Below, one piece after another: positions 22,495 to 32,981 of a DNA stretch of 64,000 bases (within the stretch, counting starts at the first letter, position 1; each line of letters begins with the position of its first letter). The notes under the pieces are model-generated. The model was not told the DNA's origin, did no database searches, and saw only the letters and a list, made by a program, of their open reading frames with translations. The stretch spans positions 10,534 through 74,533 of the forward strand of contig JAAYQX010000023.1 of assembly GCA_012519085.1 (NCBI GenBank). Direction: 5' to 3'. This DNA is from Clostridiaceae bacterium (GTDB taxonomy: Bacteria > Bacillota > Clostridia > Saccharofermentanales > DTU023). The position numbers were made by a program, and so were the translations under genes.

Positions 22495-23466
22495 ATGAAA
22501 CAAGAAGCAGATAGTTCCTGTACTAAAAAGACCTCGATTGGCGGTCAGGCTTTGATTGAGGGTCTGATGATGCTGGGACCGGAACGGAAAGCCATAGCCA
22601 GCAGACGACCGGACGGTCAGATTGTAACTGAAATATCCGATAGAGCACCGATGAAAGGGCTGGCCAATATCCCTTTTGTGCGCGGATCAGTCAGACTGGT
22701 CTCGCAGATGGGTGTCGGGATTTCCGCTCTGCTGAGGTCGGCAGAAATTCAGGAAGAGGCCGAGGCTGAACAGGATCCCCCGCCAGAAACCAATTCGAGC
22801 AAGATTGATTCCTGGTTGGAGAAACATCCTAAGTTTGCTCTATGGGGCACTGTATTTGCAGGACTGGGATTTTCGATACTATTATTTATTCTTGTGCCCA
22901 GCTTACTGACTGATGGACTGAAATACCTCAGCGGCTGGCAGGCCGGCAGCGCCGGAAAAACGAATCTGGTTTTATCTGCACTCGAGGGTATAATCAGGAT
23001 CATTATTTTTCTGTCCTATCTCTGGTTCAGCTCGCGAATCAAAGAAATCCGTCGCGTCTGGATGTATCACGGCTCAGAGCATAAGACAATCGCTACTTAT
23101 GAGGCAGGAGAAGAACTGACTGTAGAGAATGTCAGGCGGCATAGCCGCTTCCATCCCCGCTGCGGCACTTCTTTCATGTTCTTGGTGATGGTGGTGTCCA
23201 TCTTAGTTTTTGCTCTCGTAGGCCGGCATGGTGCAGTGATGAATGTGCTGTTACGTTTGGCGCTTCTGCCCTTGGTCGCCGGCATTTCCTATGAACTGAT
23301 CAGACTGGCCGGCCGCTTCGATAATCCGGTGACCCGCCTGATTTCTCTGCCGGGTCTGGCTCTGCAACGCTTGACGACTGCAGAACCGGAGGATGCTATG
23401 CTGGAAGTAGCGATTTCCGCTATGCAGGCGGTGATACCTGCCGATCCGGACAGCGATCAATGGTAA
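22495..23466 (+). CDS. DUF1385-family membrane protein (YqhQ-like)
   Basis: IGGQALIEGLMM N-terminus and YHGSEHKTI motif. Conserved position next to prmC/prfA in Firmicutes. Confidence 0.8.
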   Translation: MKQEADSSCTKKTSIGGQALIEGLMMLGPERKAIASRRPDGQIVTEISDRAPMKGLANIPFVRGSVRLVSQMGVGISALLRSAEIQEEAEAEQDPPPETNSSKIDSWLEKHPKFALWGTVFAGLGFSILLFILVPSLLTDGLKYLSGWQAGSAGKTNLVLSALEGIIRIIIFLSYLWFSSRIKEIRRVWMYHGSEHKTIATYEAGEELTVENVRRHSRFHPRCGTSFMFLVMVVSILVFALVGRHGAVMNVLLRLALLPLVAGISYELIRLAGRFDNPVTRLISLPGLALQRLTTAEPEDAMLEVAISAMQAVIPADPDSDQW

Positions 23467-23470
23467 GCAG

Positions 23471-24349
23471 ATGTCTATCTCTCTCAGCGATTTTGTGACA
23501 GAATTGACCGCATTATTTGCCCGGTCAGGGCTGGACGAGCCTCGTCGCGAAGTTCGTCTGTTCTTGCGGGAGATTGCCGGGCTGGAGCCGGAAATCCAAT
23601 TTACCAAGTCAAAAATGCGGATCAGTGAGCAGCAGGCTCTGAATTGGAGGGAGCTGGCCGGGCGCCGGGCCCGGAGAGAGCCGCTGGCTTACCTGACAGG
23701 TACAGCTTGGTTTTATGGCCGCAGCTTTCTGATGATGCCGGGTCTGCTGGTACCGCGTCAGGACTCCGAAGTGCTGATAGAAGCAGCATTGGCTGAGCTA
23801 CCGGAGCCCAGCAGACAACAGGGTTTGCAGATTCTGGACACCTGCTGCGGCTGCGGCTGCCTGGGGCTGACATTGCTGGCTGAACTCGAGAAATCAAAGG
23901 ATGTCAGGCTGCATCTGTTGGACAGCTCGGAAGTGGCTGTGCAAACAGCAGAGCAAAATGCCGTCAGATTAGAACTGCAGAACAGATGTACCTTTGAGCA
24001 AGGTGATATCTGGCCGGTGTGCGCCTTCGCTGCCAAAAACAGATTCGACTTGATTATCTGCAATCCGCCCTATATCGCCACAGCGGATATTGCCGGCTTA
24101 ATGCCGGAGGTCAGAGATTTTGAGTCTCATACGGCTCTGGACGGTGGTGAAGACGGCCTGGCTTTCTACCGCCGGATTGCTAAAGAATATCGGCATTATC
24201 TGGAGCCGGAGGGAATTATGGTTCTGGAGTTGGGGGCCGGCCAGGCGGAGGCGGTGGCCGAGCTTTTTGCCGCCGAGACGGATAGGTTGGCTTTTTATCC
24301 TGATTATGGCGGGCATTTGCGGGCGCTGGTCCTGCGCGGATACGGCTAG
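23471..24349 (+). CDS. prmC: Release-factor glutamine N5-methyltransferase
   Basis: PLAYLTG, VLIPRQDSE-like LVPRQDSE, a SAM-binding DTCCGCGCLG, and the catalytic NPPY (ICNPPYI). Confidence 0.9.
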   Translation: MSISLSDFVTELTALFARSGLDEPRREVRLFLREIAGLEPEIQFTKSKMRISEQQALNWRELAGRRARREPLAYLTGTAWFYGRSFLMMPGLLVPRQDSEVLIEAALAELPEPSRQQGLQILDTCCGCGCLGLTLLAELEKSKDVRLHLLDSSEVAVQTAEQNAVRLELQNRCTFEQGDIWPVCAFAAKNRFDLIICNPPYIATADIAGLMPEVRDFESHTALDGGEDGLAFYRRIAKEYRHYLEPEGIMVLELGAGQAEAVAELFAAETDRLAFYPDYGGHLRALVLRGYG

Positions 24350-24545
24350 TGTTACTATTTCATCTTCACTTCCTGTTCCATGTATAATAACAATGTGCTT
24401 TGCGCATATTGCGAAAAATTACGGCTATAATTGAGATCGCCCTGATTGAACATGGGAGCGGTGAAACTCTAGTGCAGCGCTGAAGTTGCAGCCGTAATCG
24501 GCTCGAATGATTTTAGATGCGGCTGACAGGCCGCTGGAGGAATAT

Positions 24546-25640
24546 ATGTCTAGTGACAGAGATATAAGATTGGACGCTACGGTCAGCCGCTATGAAGAGC
24601 TGAACGAGCTGTTGGCTGATCTGACTATCATGGCGGATCAGAATCGGTATCGCGCTCTGGCGCAGGAGCATGCTTCGCTCTCCGATCTGGTAGCGGATAT
24701 CAGGCGCAGCCGTAAGCTGCGCGCGGAACTGGAAGAAAACCGCATTTTACTGACCGAATCCGAGGATGCGGAATTTCGGGAGTTGGTCAGAGAAGATATT
24801 AATTTATCCGAAGCTGAACTGGAAGAGATAGAGAACCGAATCGAGATGGCGATTGCTCCGACAGATCCTAATGATCAAAAAAATGTCATCATGGAGATCC
24901 GGGCCGGAGCCGGTGGCGAGGAAGCTGCCCTGTTCGCGGCGACTTTGTTCCAAATGTACACTTCTTACGCCGAGCAGTCCGGCTGGACTTATGAGATTAT
25001 CGATCAGAACGAGACCGGCATCGGCGGTTTTAAAGAGATTATTTTCGAGATTGACGGCAAGGGAGCTTTTTCCCGCTTTAAGTACGAAAGCGGCGTCCAC
25101 CGGGTACAGCGCGTCCCCGTCACGGAATCAGGGGGCAGGATCCACACTTCGACAGTCACCGTGGCGGTACTGCCCGAAGCGGAAGAAGTGGAATTCGAGA
25201 TTGATCCCGCGGATCTGCAGATCGATACTTACCGCGCTTCCGGTGCCGGCGGCCAGCATGTAAATAAGACCTCTTCGGCAATCCGCATTACTCATCTGCC
25301 ATCAGGTGTAGTTGTCACTTGCCAGGATCAGCGCTCACAGCATAAGAATCGTGATAAGGCAATGCGACATTTGCGCTCAATCCTACTGGAGGAAGAGAGA
25401 TCACGTCAGGCGGCGGACATTGCCAGCGAGCGCCGTGACCAAGTCGGCACCGGCGACCGCAGTGAACGGATCAGGACCTATAATTACCCTCAGGGCAGAG
25501 TCACCGATCACCGCATTGGTCTCACCCTTTATAAGTTAGAGAGCGTGCTCGGCGGCGATCTCGATGAATTGATTTCCGCCCTCAATGCCGCAGCCCATGA
25601 AGCTAAAATTCGCGGGGATGATCAATGGCAACCAAGCTGA
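24546..25640 (+). CDS. prfA: Peptide chain release factor 1
   Basis: GGQ motif [11 protein letters not shown] and the PVT-type tripeptide region [10 protein letters not shown]. The start was set at ATG 24546, preceded by GGAGGA. Confidence 0.95.
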   Translation: MSSDRDIRLDATVSRYEELNELLADLTIMADQNRYRALAQEHASLSDLVADIRRSRKLRAELEENRILLTESEDAEFRELVREDINLSEAELEEIENRIEMAIAPTDPNDQKNVIMEIRAGAGGEEAALFAATLFQMYTSYAEQSGWTYEIIDQNETGIGGFKEIIFEIDGKGAFSRFKYESGVHRVQRVPVTESGGRIHTSTVTVAVLPEAEEVEFEIDPADLQIDTYRASGAGGQHVNKTSSAIRITHLPSGVVVTCQDQRSQHKNRDKAMRHLRSILLEEERSRQAADIASERRDQVGTGDRSERIRTYNYPQGRVTDHRIGLTLYKLESVLGGDLDELISALNAAAHEAKIRGDDQWQPS

Positions 25641-26761
25641 TCACAATCGATCAAGACGGCAGCGAACAGGAACTAAGAGCTGTTGCCTCTGCACTGGTAC
25701 AGGGAGCCTTGGTTGGCATGCCGACAGAGACAGTTTACGGACTGGCCGGCAATGCCCTGCTACCGGATACCGTGCGCCGGATTTTCGCTGTCAAGGGACG
25801 CCCCCAGGATAATCCGCTGATCGTCCATCTCTATGATCAGTCGCAATTGGCTCAAGTCGCAGAGCAGGTGCCGGCGGAATTTTACCTGTTGTACGAGAAA
25901 TTTTGCCCCGGCCCCCTGACCATGGTTATGACCCGCAGCCAAGTTCTGCCCTCTGAGGTTAGCGCCGGTCTCGACACAGTAGGGATCCGCTTCCCCGCAC
26001 AGCGTACTGCACGCAATCTGCTGCGCCTGGCAGAAGTTCCGGTCGTTGCCCCCTCGGGCAATCTCTCCGGCAGACCCTCCCCTACCCAGGCTCAACACAT
26101 GCTGGACGATCTGGATGGCAAGATTGAGTATATCTTAGATGACGGCCCCTGCGCTCTGGGAGTCGAGTCAACAGTCCTCGACCTCACCGTCAGCCCACCG
26201 CAAATCCTGCGCCCGGGTGTAATCACGGCGGAACTGATTCTTGAGCGCACAGGTCTCACAGTCCATGAAACATCTTCGGCCGTTTCGACGAAGGCGTCCC
26301 TGACCGTCTCGCCTGCCGAGGCCAAAACAGAGGAATGCTCACAGCACGGCTCAGTCATTTTTACACCGCGTTCACCAGGCCAAAAATACCGCCATTATGC
26401 ACCTCAGGCTCCTATCTTTATTGCCCGAGGCCGGGACAGCCATGAGCAGATCACCTCTCTTCTGTCGCGCATAGAATCGGAAACAGATAAACGGCTGGGT
26501 TTTTTCGGCGCCGAAGATACCTTCGACGCCTTGCGGCGGAGGATGTCGGAGATGAAAGGATTGCCGGCGGTAAATATTGTGACCTATCTATACCCGGGCT
26601 CCGAACAGGTTGAAACAGCAACCCATGAGTTATTTGCCGCTTTCAGAGAGCTTGACGCAGCAGGAGTTGAACTGATCTTAACCCCGGCTTTTCCGCGCCG
26701 GGAATTTGGTATAGCCTACATGGACCGTCTGGAAAGAGCAGCCGAAAGCGAGGAGAAATAA
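25625..26761 (+). CDS. tsaC: L-threonylcarbamoyladenylate synthase (Sua5/YwlC type, with C-terminal Sua5 domain)
   Basis: [24 protein letters not shown] and [13 protein letters not shown] motifs. Confidence 0.9.
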   Translation: MATKLITIDQDGSEQELRAVASALVQGALVGMPTETVYGLAGNALLPDTVRRIFAVKGRPQDNPLIVHLYDQSQLAQVAEQVPAEFYLLYEKFCPGPLTMVMTRSQVLPSEVSAGLDTVGIRFPAQRTARNLLRLAEVPVVAPSGNLSGRPSPTQAQHMLDDLDGKIEYILDDGPCALGVESTVLDLTVSPPQILRPGVITAELILERTGLTVHETSSAVSTKASLTVSPAEAKTEECSQHGSVIFTPRSPGQKYRHYAPQAPIFIARGRDSHEQITSLLSRIESETDKRLGFFGAEDTFDALRRRMSEMKGLPAVNIVTYLYPGSEQVETATHELFAAFRELDAAGVELILTPAFPRREFGIAYMDRLERAAESEEK

Positions 26762-27241
26762 ATGCAGATATTATTTGTTTGCACCGGCAATACCTGCCGC
26801 AGCCCAATGGCCGAAGCCATGTTCCGTGCTCATACACCGAATCCCGACTGGCAGGCAACTTCCGCCGGTATCGCCACTTGGGACGGGTTGATGGCTTCTG
26901 TCCTGGCCTGCGATGAAATGGCTGCCAGGGGACTGTCACTTGACTACCACCGCTCCCGACAGATCAATCAGGAGATCATGACCGCCTCCGACCTGATTCT
27001 GACCATGACCCGGCAGCAAAAAAAGGTTTTAGCAGCCAGCTATCCTGACTTCGCCGACAAAATATTTCTCTTAGGTGAATATGTTGGCCAGATTGAAGAA
27101 GTGACTGATCCCTATGGCGGCTCTGCTGATGATTATTTGGACACAGCCAATCAGCTGGTCAAATTGTTGGAAGCTCTTTTCACCAAATTAGAGGGAATTA
27201 CAAGCGAATCGCCAGAGACAACAACTGATGAGCCGTCTTGA
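26762..27241 (+). CDS. Low-molecular-weight protein phosphatase (YwlE-like arginine/tyrosine phosphatase)
   Basis: Catalytic CX5R(S/T) loop ILFVCTGNTCRSPMAE and a DPYG motif. Confidence 0.85.
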   Translation: MQILFVCTGNTCRSPMAEAMFRAHTPNPDWQATSAGIATWDGLMASVLACDEMAARGLSLDYHRSRQINQEIMTASDLILTMTRQQKKVLAASYPDFADKIFLLGEYVGQIEEVTDPYGGSADDYLDTANQLVKLLEALFTKLEGITSESPETTTDEPS

Positions 27242-27463
27242 ACCGCTAAGCAGCGACCTGAGCAAAAATGAGCTGTGATTGACGCTTTTCTTCCGATCAT
27301 TCTTATGGCAAGCTGTAATTAGAGGCGGACGAAGCGTCAGCCCACGGTACAGTGCCTGCGGGCATGATTTTTGAGGATATCCGGTACTACAGCTAACACT
27401 GAACCGGTTTCGGAGTATAGTCGGCTGTGCAGCACTGTATAGATCGGCGCCAACAGTGTCGGC

Positions 27464-27493
27464 TTGACGTAGGCTTCCGGGGAATGATATTAT
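27464..27493 (+). promoter_or_regulatory. Promoter candidate for rpsF-ssb-rpsR
   Basis: TTGACG (27464-27469), an 18-nt spacer, then TGaTATTAT extended -10 (27485-27493). Leaves a leader of about 70 nt before rpsF. Confidence 0.4.
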
Positions 27494-27567
27494 TATTTTC
27501 TGCGTCGAGAGGCGCAAATCCTCGCTCTGTACAGATACAGGGCCGAAGACCAGGAGGAGGTGACAAA

Positions 27568-27873
27568 ATGAGAACTTACGAACTGATGTATGTTTTGAAC
27601 CCCGCCATCGGCGAAGAAGCGATTGAAAGCGAGATGAAACGGATTCAAGACATAATTGAGACCCAAGGCAAAATCGTCAATATTGATGTCTGGGGTCGAC
27701 GTAAATTGGCTTACGAGATTCAGGACGAACAAGAGGGCTATTATGTACTTGTTCATTTCGAATCCGAACCGGATTTCCCCAAAGAAGTCGAACGTCTGCT
27801 CAAAATCTCGGATAGTGTACTGCGCTATCTGACAGTGTTGTACGAAGGCCAGAAGTTAGCAGAAAGGACATAA
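27568..27873 (+). CDS. rpsF: 30S ribosomal protein S6
   Basis: MRTYELMYVLNP...WGRRKLAYEI. GGAGGAGG RBS 7 nt upstream. The track ORF adds a spurious 47 aa. Confidence 0.95.
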   Translation: MRTYELMYVLNPAIGEEAIESEMKRIQDIIETQGKIVNIDVWGRRKLAYEIQDEQEGYYVLVHFESEPDFPKEVERLLKISDSVLRYLTVLYEGQKLAERT

Positions 27874-27875
27874 TC

Positions 27876-28340
27876 ATGAACAAAGCCATCTTGATGGGAA
27901 GATTGACCAGAGATCCGGAGCTGAGGACGACATCGAATAATGTCTCCGTCTGTACTTTTACTCTGGCGGTAGACAGAAATTACAAAAATCGTGACGGTGA
28001 GAGACTGACTGATTTTATCCCGATCGTCGTCTGGAGACAGCAAGCTGATTTTGTCAGCAAATATTTCAGTAAAGGACAAAGGATGCTGGTGGTCGGATCG
28101 ATCCAGCCGCGTAGCTATGAAGACCAGAGCGGCCAAAAGCGTTATGTGACCGAGGTTATCGCTGAGGAAGTCTACTTTGCGGACTCCAAGCGTGACAGCG
28201 GCAGCTACTATGAGGAAGATAGAGAAGATAGAAGGACTGATCAAGCCGAAGCAAGATCCTGGAAGAAACCGGAACCTTCAGAAGATGATTTTTTCCCCGG
28301 CGACAGTGAAGATGCGACCTCTTTGCCCTTCGATATGTAA
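27876..28340 (+). CDS. ssb: Single-stranded DNA-binding protein
   Basis: MNKAILMGRLTRDPELR OB-fold N-terminus and an acidic C-terminal tip ending in LPFDM. Confidence 0.95.
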   Translation: MNKAILMGRLTRDPELRTTSNNVSVCTFTLAVDRNYKNRDGERLTDFIPIVVWRQQADFVSKYFSKGQRMLVVGSIQPRSYEDQSGQKRYVTEVIAEEVYFADSKRDSGSYYEEDREDRRTDQAEARSWKKPEPSEDDFFPGDSEDATSLPFDM

Positions 28341-28368
28341 TGATATTGCTTAAGGAGTTAATTTAGAA

Positions 28369-28632
28369 ATGGAAGAAAAAAGCAATCGCTCTGCCCGCGA
28401 TTTTCGCAGAGGCAGACCACGCCGCAGCAGAAGAAAAGTTTGTATCTTCTGTGCCGAGCATGTTGACCATGTAGATTACAAAGACTTGAATCGTCTCAGC
28501 AAATTGATTTCCGAAAACGGTAAGATTTTGCCTCGGAGAATGACCGGCACTTGCGCCGGACATCAGCGTCATGTGACCACAGCCATCAAAAGAGCCAGAC
28601 AGGTCGCACTATTGCCCTACACTGACGCCTAA
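28369..28632 (+). CDS. rpsR: 30S ribosomal protein S18
   Basis: [33 protein letters not shown]. Confidence 0.95.
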   Translation: MEEKSNRSARDFRRGRPRRSRRKVCIFCAEHVDHVDYKDLNRLSKLISENGKILPRRMTGTCAGHQRHVTTAIKRARQVALLPYTDA

Positions 28633-28654
28633 TCTGACGATAATAACAAGCTGG

Positions 28655-28697
28655 AAGCCGCCTCGCCCAGATTATCTGCGAGGCGGCTTTTTTTGTT
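28655..28697 (+). terminator. Rho-independent terminator after rpsR
   Basis: 12-bp stem aagccgcctcgc / gcgaggcggctt followed by tttttgttg. Confidence 0.85.
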
Positions 28698-28715
28698 GTT
28701 AATCTTTTTACAGAG

Positions 28716-29975
28716 CTAGGGGTTGGCAGTGAAATATTGCAGCAAAGCCTCGGCAATGCCACGAGCGATTAGGGCCTGACCCTCCTGGCTGGTTAAGCGT
28801 GCCCTGTCTTCAGCATGGGAAAGAAAGCCACAGGTGAGTTGTACTGATGTCACGTTGTTAAGGCGTAATACAACTAAATCGTCTTCAAATACTGCCTCCA
28901 GATTTGACTTCAGGCGCGGGTCCAGCGTTGTAAGTCTATCCTCTAGCAAGGTGGCCAGACTCTCGCGCCTGGCGGTATTATAACCGCTATAATTGGGTGC
29001 ATGAGCCAGGGCATCCGTACCGACCGCATAACTATTGTTCATATCATGCACATATTCTTTGCTCATATAGCGCACGCGCACACCTTTGTCCTCTGCCTGT
29101 TCAGATGCTTCCAGATGTAGCGAAATAAAAACAGTATCCTTATACTCACCTTGAATATCGTAGATCAGTTTGAGATTGGGCGGAGTTCCGATAGAGCCAA
29201 AGATGCCGCGACCGCCTGAATCCTGCAGCCCGGAATTGATTCTGATAACATCCTGCATTAGCAAGCGCAAAGGCTCCAGCGGTTCCGGATTATAGCCGGC
29301 CTGCTTGATATCTGCGGCATAGCGCTGTAAAAGCAGATCCGCCGTATAGGCCATGATATAAAAATATGAATGCTTTTCATCAGTCGAACGCGTAAGCCTG
29401 ACTTCGGCACCGAGACGCGTTAATTCCTCCTGGACTTTGGTCGCAATTTCCAGATTGAGCGTCTTCTCCAGCAGAACCTCACTTTCACCTTCACCTTGCC
29501 AGCTGACACCGACGTCCGAACCGCCGTGGCCGGGATCCACAATGATAAAAGCTCCGGCCAGGGGCTTATCTTCGGTAGCCTGGGCGAGAACGGCTGTCTC
29601 AGAGGAGCCCACTGCCGGTACACTGGATTTCTCCGGCCAGACTCGGAGTTTTGAACCATCGGTTGTAAGTAAATCAGGATCATTGTCAGTGAAAACCAAT
29701 TCCTGCAAAGACTCATCCTCTACCGGATCTATCTGTTCAGCTGTCGTTGGCACCGTCATTTGATCAGCATTAACTACAGCACTGGTATCCGATTGATTAT
29801 CTGCCGGAAGCGTATTTTCAGAAACAGGCCCTGACTGATCGGTCAGGATCAGTTTCTCCGGATCCGGCGGCAGAGCAAAAGGTCGATCCAAAACATCAAA
29901 ATAAGACAGGATCAGCAATACAGCACTGACCAGAAGCAGCCATAGAACAATTTGTGCCGCTTTCTTCTGCTTCAC
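28716..29975 (-). CDS. Membrane-anchored N-acetylmuramoyl-L-alanine amidase (Amidase_3 family)
   Basis: N-terminal TM helix, a long low-complexity linker, then IIVDPGHGGSDVG (zinc ligand region) and SLHLEAS / GFLSHAEDR motifs of the amidase_3 fold. Confidence 0.8.
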   Translation of the reverse strand: MKQKKAAQIVLWLLLVSAVLLILSYFDVLDRPFALPPDPEKLILTDQSGPVSENTLPADNQSDTSAVVNADQMTVPTTAEQIDPVEDESLQELVFTDNDPDLLTTDGSKLRVWPEKSSVPAVGSSETAVLAQATEDKPLAGAFIIVDPGHGGSDVGVSWQGEGESEVLLEKTLNLEIATKVQEELTRLGAEVRLTRSTDEKHSYFYIMAYTADLLLQRYAADIKQAGYNPEPLEPLRLLMQDVIRINSGLQDSGGRGIFGSIGTPPNLKLIYDIQGEYKDTVFISLHLEASEQAEDKGVRVRYMSKEYVHDMNNSYAVGTDALAHAPNYSGYNTARRESLATLLEDRLTTLDPRLKSNLEAVFEDDLVVLRLNNVTSVQLTCGFLSHAEDRARLTSQEGQALIARGIAEALLQYFTANP

Positions 29976-29977
29976 GA

Positions 29978-31333
29978 TCAGACCCCGTACCGACTGCGAA
30001 CCAAATTGGCCACCTCATCAGCTTTTTGTTGTATATCTGATAAAAACTCACCTTCGACCATGACTCTGATCTTGGCTTCAGTTCCGGAAGCGCGGACAAA
30101 GATGCGTCCTTTCTCACCCAGATCTGTTTCTATGCGCTTGATGGCTTTGAGAACATCCTCATCAAGCAATGATCTGTTTTTGTTCTCATTCGTCACCTGG
30201 ACATTGACCAATACCTGAGGAAAAACTTTCATGATTTGGCGAGCAGCACCAAGACTTTGGGCGGAATTCTGCAAAGCCTGCAACAGACGCAGTGCGCTCA
30301 GCATACCATCGCCCGTAGTAGTATGCTCCAAGAGAATCAGATGACCGGATTGTTCACCACCGAGCAGATAGCCGGAGCGGAGCATCTCTTCCAGAACATA
30401 GCGATCACCAACCTGGGTGCGGACAATTTCGATACCATTATCCTTGCCCATATAAAGCAGGCCGAGATTACTCATGACAGTCGCTACCAGAGTATTGCGA
30501 GCCAACTTGCCCTGCCTCTTCATATCATTGGCGATAATAGCCATGATCATATCGCCATCAACATTTTCTCCATTTTCGTCAACTGCCAGCATCCGATCAG
30601 CATCGCCATCAAAAGCCAGCCCCAAATCACAATTTTCACTGCGGACAATGCTCGCCAGTGTGGTCAGATCTGTCGAACCGCAGCCCAGATTAATATTGAG
30701 GCCATCAGGTTCAATGCCCAGCGGGATCACTTCAGCGCCCAGATCTCTGAATAATTTAGGAGCGATCGGGGCACTGGCGCCATTGGCGCAATCCACAGCA
30801 AGCCTAAAGCCAGATAGATCCACACCGATGCAATCCATCAGATGTTCGGCATACTCTTGGGCAGCATCAGTCATTTCATAACGGTGGCCTATCTTATCGC
30901 CGATTGGCCAGTCTCGACGCGATTCATCATAAGATTTGACCAGGGCTTCAATCCTGTCTTCAATCTCGTCAGACAGCTTATAGCCATTGCCGGAGAAGAG
31001 CTTAATGCCATTATGTTCATAGGGATTATGTGAAGCAGAAAGTACTACTCCCGCGTCATAGCCATGCTTGCGCGTCAGATAGGCAACGCCCGGCGTGGGA
31101 ATAACGCCGGCCAGATAGACATCAGCGCCCGCCGAAGTTAAGCCTGCCACCAGCGCAGCTTCCAACATCGTGCCGGAGATTCTGGTATCTCTTCCGACCA
31201 GAAAAACCGGTTTATGCAAATTCTCATCCGCCAGGATATTAGAACTGGCCCAGCCAAGTCTATAGACCAGATCAGGAGTCAGATCCCGATTGGCCACACC
31301 ACGAACCCCGTCCGTTCCGAACAATCTAGTCAT
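29978..31333 (-). CDS. glmM: Phosphoglucosamine mutase
   Basis: LFGTDGVRGVAN and the active-site SASHNPYEHNGIK. Confidence 0.95.
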   Translation of the reverse strand: MTRLFGTDGVRGVANRDLTPDLVYRLGWASSNILADENLHKPVFLVGRDTRISGTMLEAALVAGLTSAGADVYLAGVIPTPGVAYLTRKHGYDAGVVLSASHNPYEHNGIKLFSGNGYKLSDEIEDRIEALVKSYDESRRDWPIGDKIGHRYEMTDAAQEYAEHLMDCIGVDLSGFRLAVDCANGASAPIAPKLFRDLGAEVIPLGIEPDGLNINLGCGSTDLTTLASIVRSENCDLGLAFDGDADRMLAVDENGENVDGDMIMAIIANDMKRQGKLARNTLVATVMSNLGLLYMGKDNGIEIVRTQVGDRYVLEEMLRSGYLLGGEQSGHLILLEHTTTGDGMLSALRLLQALQNSAQSLGAARQIMKVFPQVLVNVQVTNENKNRSLLDEDVLKAIKRIETDLGEKGRIFVRASGTEAKIRVMVEGEFLSDIQQKADEVANLVRSRYGV

Positions 31334-31353
31334 AAATCCTCCGTTGGTTGATT

Positions 31354-32901
31354 TTAGGGATTATCTTCAGAAAACACATTAACAGTAATATGTCCGGGCA
31401 ATAACTGTTCTGTATAGGTTGAAAACACGGTACCCGCATCAATCTGAACGGGCAGACTCTGAATGCCCAGCTCGGAGACTTGCCCTAAATCAACAAAAGC
31501 TACAATATCATTAGCTGACAAATCCTGCAATATGCGGTCACGGCCTTTAAGTCGGACCTGGACTGTTACCAATGGAAAACTCTGGATGCCGTATCCATTG
31601 TCGGCGGCAATTTCCTCGCCGCGATATTGCAACTGAACATTGAAATCCCTGGTCTTAATCGGATTGACAGTCATTTGCACATAGAACCAGATCGAAAAAC
31701 CGATCAGCAGTGAAACGACAGCCAGCAGCACTTGATGTTTTTTGATGGAGAACTTGCGCTTTTTACGGCGATCAAAGCTGATTTTTTTCTTTTTACTTAA
31801 GCGGGAGCCACTGTCGGCAGGCACCTGAAAGCGCTCAGAGAAAGAAGCAGGAACAGTATTTGTCTGTTCCGACACTGCCGCAACTTGGGGCTCAGCAGCA
31901 CCGGTTGCAGATTCTGCCGCATGTTCCACAGCAGACTCAGATGCTAAATCCGCAGCACTGAATTCTTCACTCTCGAACTGTTTAAACTTTTCACTCTTTT
32001 TCTGCCGCAGACCTAGCAGACGTCCCAAGCCGGTTCTTTTTTCCTCCGGTTCAAAGCTCAACAGGCTGTGCAGCCGTTTGCGCAAAACATCGGCACTGCT
32101 GAGGACATACAGTCTGCCTCCTATACCAAGGGAGATAGTACCTCTCTCCTCCGACACGACTACGGAGATCGCATCGCCCATCTCGCTGGCACCAACCGCA
32201 GCCCGATGTCTGGTACCAAAATCGCTGCGCAGATGGTAAGTATCTGTCAAAGGAACATGCACCCGCGCTGCTGCCACCCGCCCGTGCCGCACCAATACCG
32301 CACCATCGTGCAGGGGCGAACCGGAATAGAAAATCTGTTGCAGCAAAGAGCTTGTAATCTGAGCATCCAATGCTACTGCATTTTCCTGCTCCTGAAGTTC
32401 ACTTAGCTTAGTCGTGCGCTCGATAATAATCAGGGCGCCTGTCCGTTCTTTGCTCATTTGCTCGCAGGCAGTGACAATTTCTTCTATCAGTTGGCGGATC
32501 GAATCCGGGCGTCCCTCTACTGAAAATGTGGAAGTAATCACATTGAAACTACTGCGGCCAAAAGTCTCCAAAGCCCTTCTCAGTTCAGGCTGGAAGATGA
32601 CAACAAAAGCAATGGCAAAGAGAGAGATGGTTCTGTTCAGAAGAAAGCCGATCGTATCCAGACCAATTACACCGGCAAAGACTGCAAAAGCGAAGATCAG
32701 CAAAATACCTTTGAGCAATTGCCAAGCTCTGGTCTCCCGCATCAGTTTCAACAAATAATAAATGACTAGAGTGGTGGCAAGAATATCGATAATCGCCATG
32801 AAGGTATCAGCGGGCCCGCCAAAGAGTAATAGCCCATCCGAAATAATCTCCCAGACACTGGAGAAAAAATCCTTGATTGACTGGACTATATTAGATGGCA
32901 T
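31354..32901 (-). CDS. cdaA: Diadenylate cyclase CdaA fused to a single-TM, single-YbbR-domain CdaR-like C-terminus
   Basis: The N-terminal 3-TM region plus DAC domain carries the motifs LHDGAVLV and GTRHRAAVGASE. An acidic/basic linker follows, then a 4th TM helix (VLLAVVSLLIGFSIWFYV) and about 110 aa with the YbbR-repeat pattern. It is one uninterrupted 515-aa ORF. Confidence 0.85.
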   Translation of the reverse strand: MPSNIVQSIKDFFSSVWEIISDGLLLFGGPADTFMAIIDILATTLVIYYLLKLMRETRAWQLLKGILLIFAFAVFAGVIGLDTIGFLLNRTISLFAIAFVVIFQPELRRALETFGRSSFNVITSTFSVEGRPDSIRQLIEEIVTACEQMSKERTGALIIIERTTKLSELQEQENAVALDAQITSSLLQQIFYSGSPLHDGAVLVRHGRVAAARVHVPLTDTYHLRSDFGTRHRAAVGASEMGDAISVVVSEERGTISLGIGGRLYVLSSADVLRKRLHSLLSFEPEEKRTGLGRLLGLRQKKSEKFKQFESEEFSAADLASESAVEHAAESATGAAEPQVAAVSEQTNTVPASFSERFQVPADSGSRLSKKKKISFDRRKKRKFSIKKHQVLLAVVSLLIGFSIWFYVQMTVNPIKTRDFNVQLQYRGEEIAADNGYGIQSFPLVTVQVRLKGRDRILQDLSANDIVAFVDLGQVSELGIQSLPVQIDAGTVFSTYTEQLLPGHITVNVFSEDNP

Positions 32902-32981
32902 TACATAACCTCCGCCGGCACACTCTGCTAAGCATACCGCAGTAAGCGATTTAACTCATTATAGCTATAAAATCATGCCTC

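Noticed and set aside
27427-27567. 47-aa N-terminal extension of ribosomal protein S6
   Set aside because: S6 families start at MRxYE, a strong RBS precedes ATG 27568, and the extension overlaps the predicted promoter.
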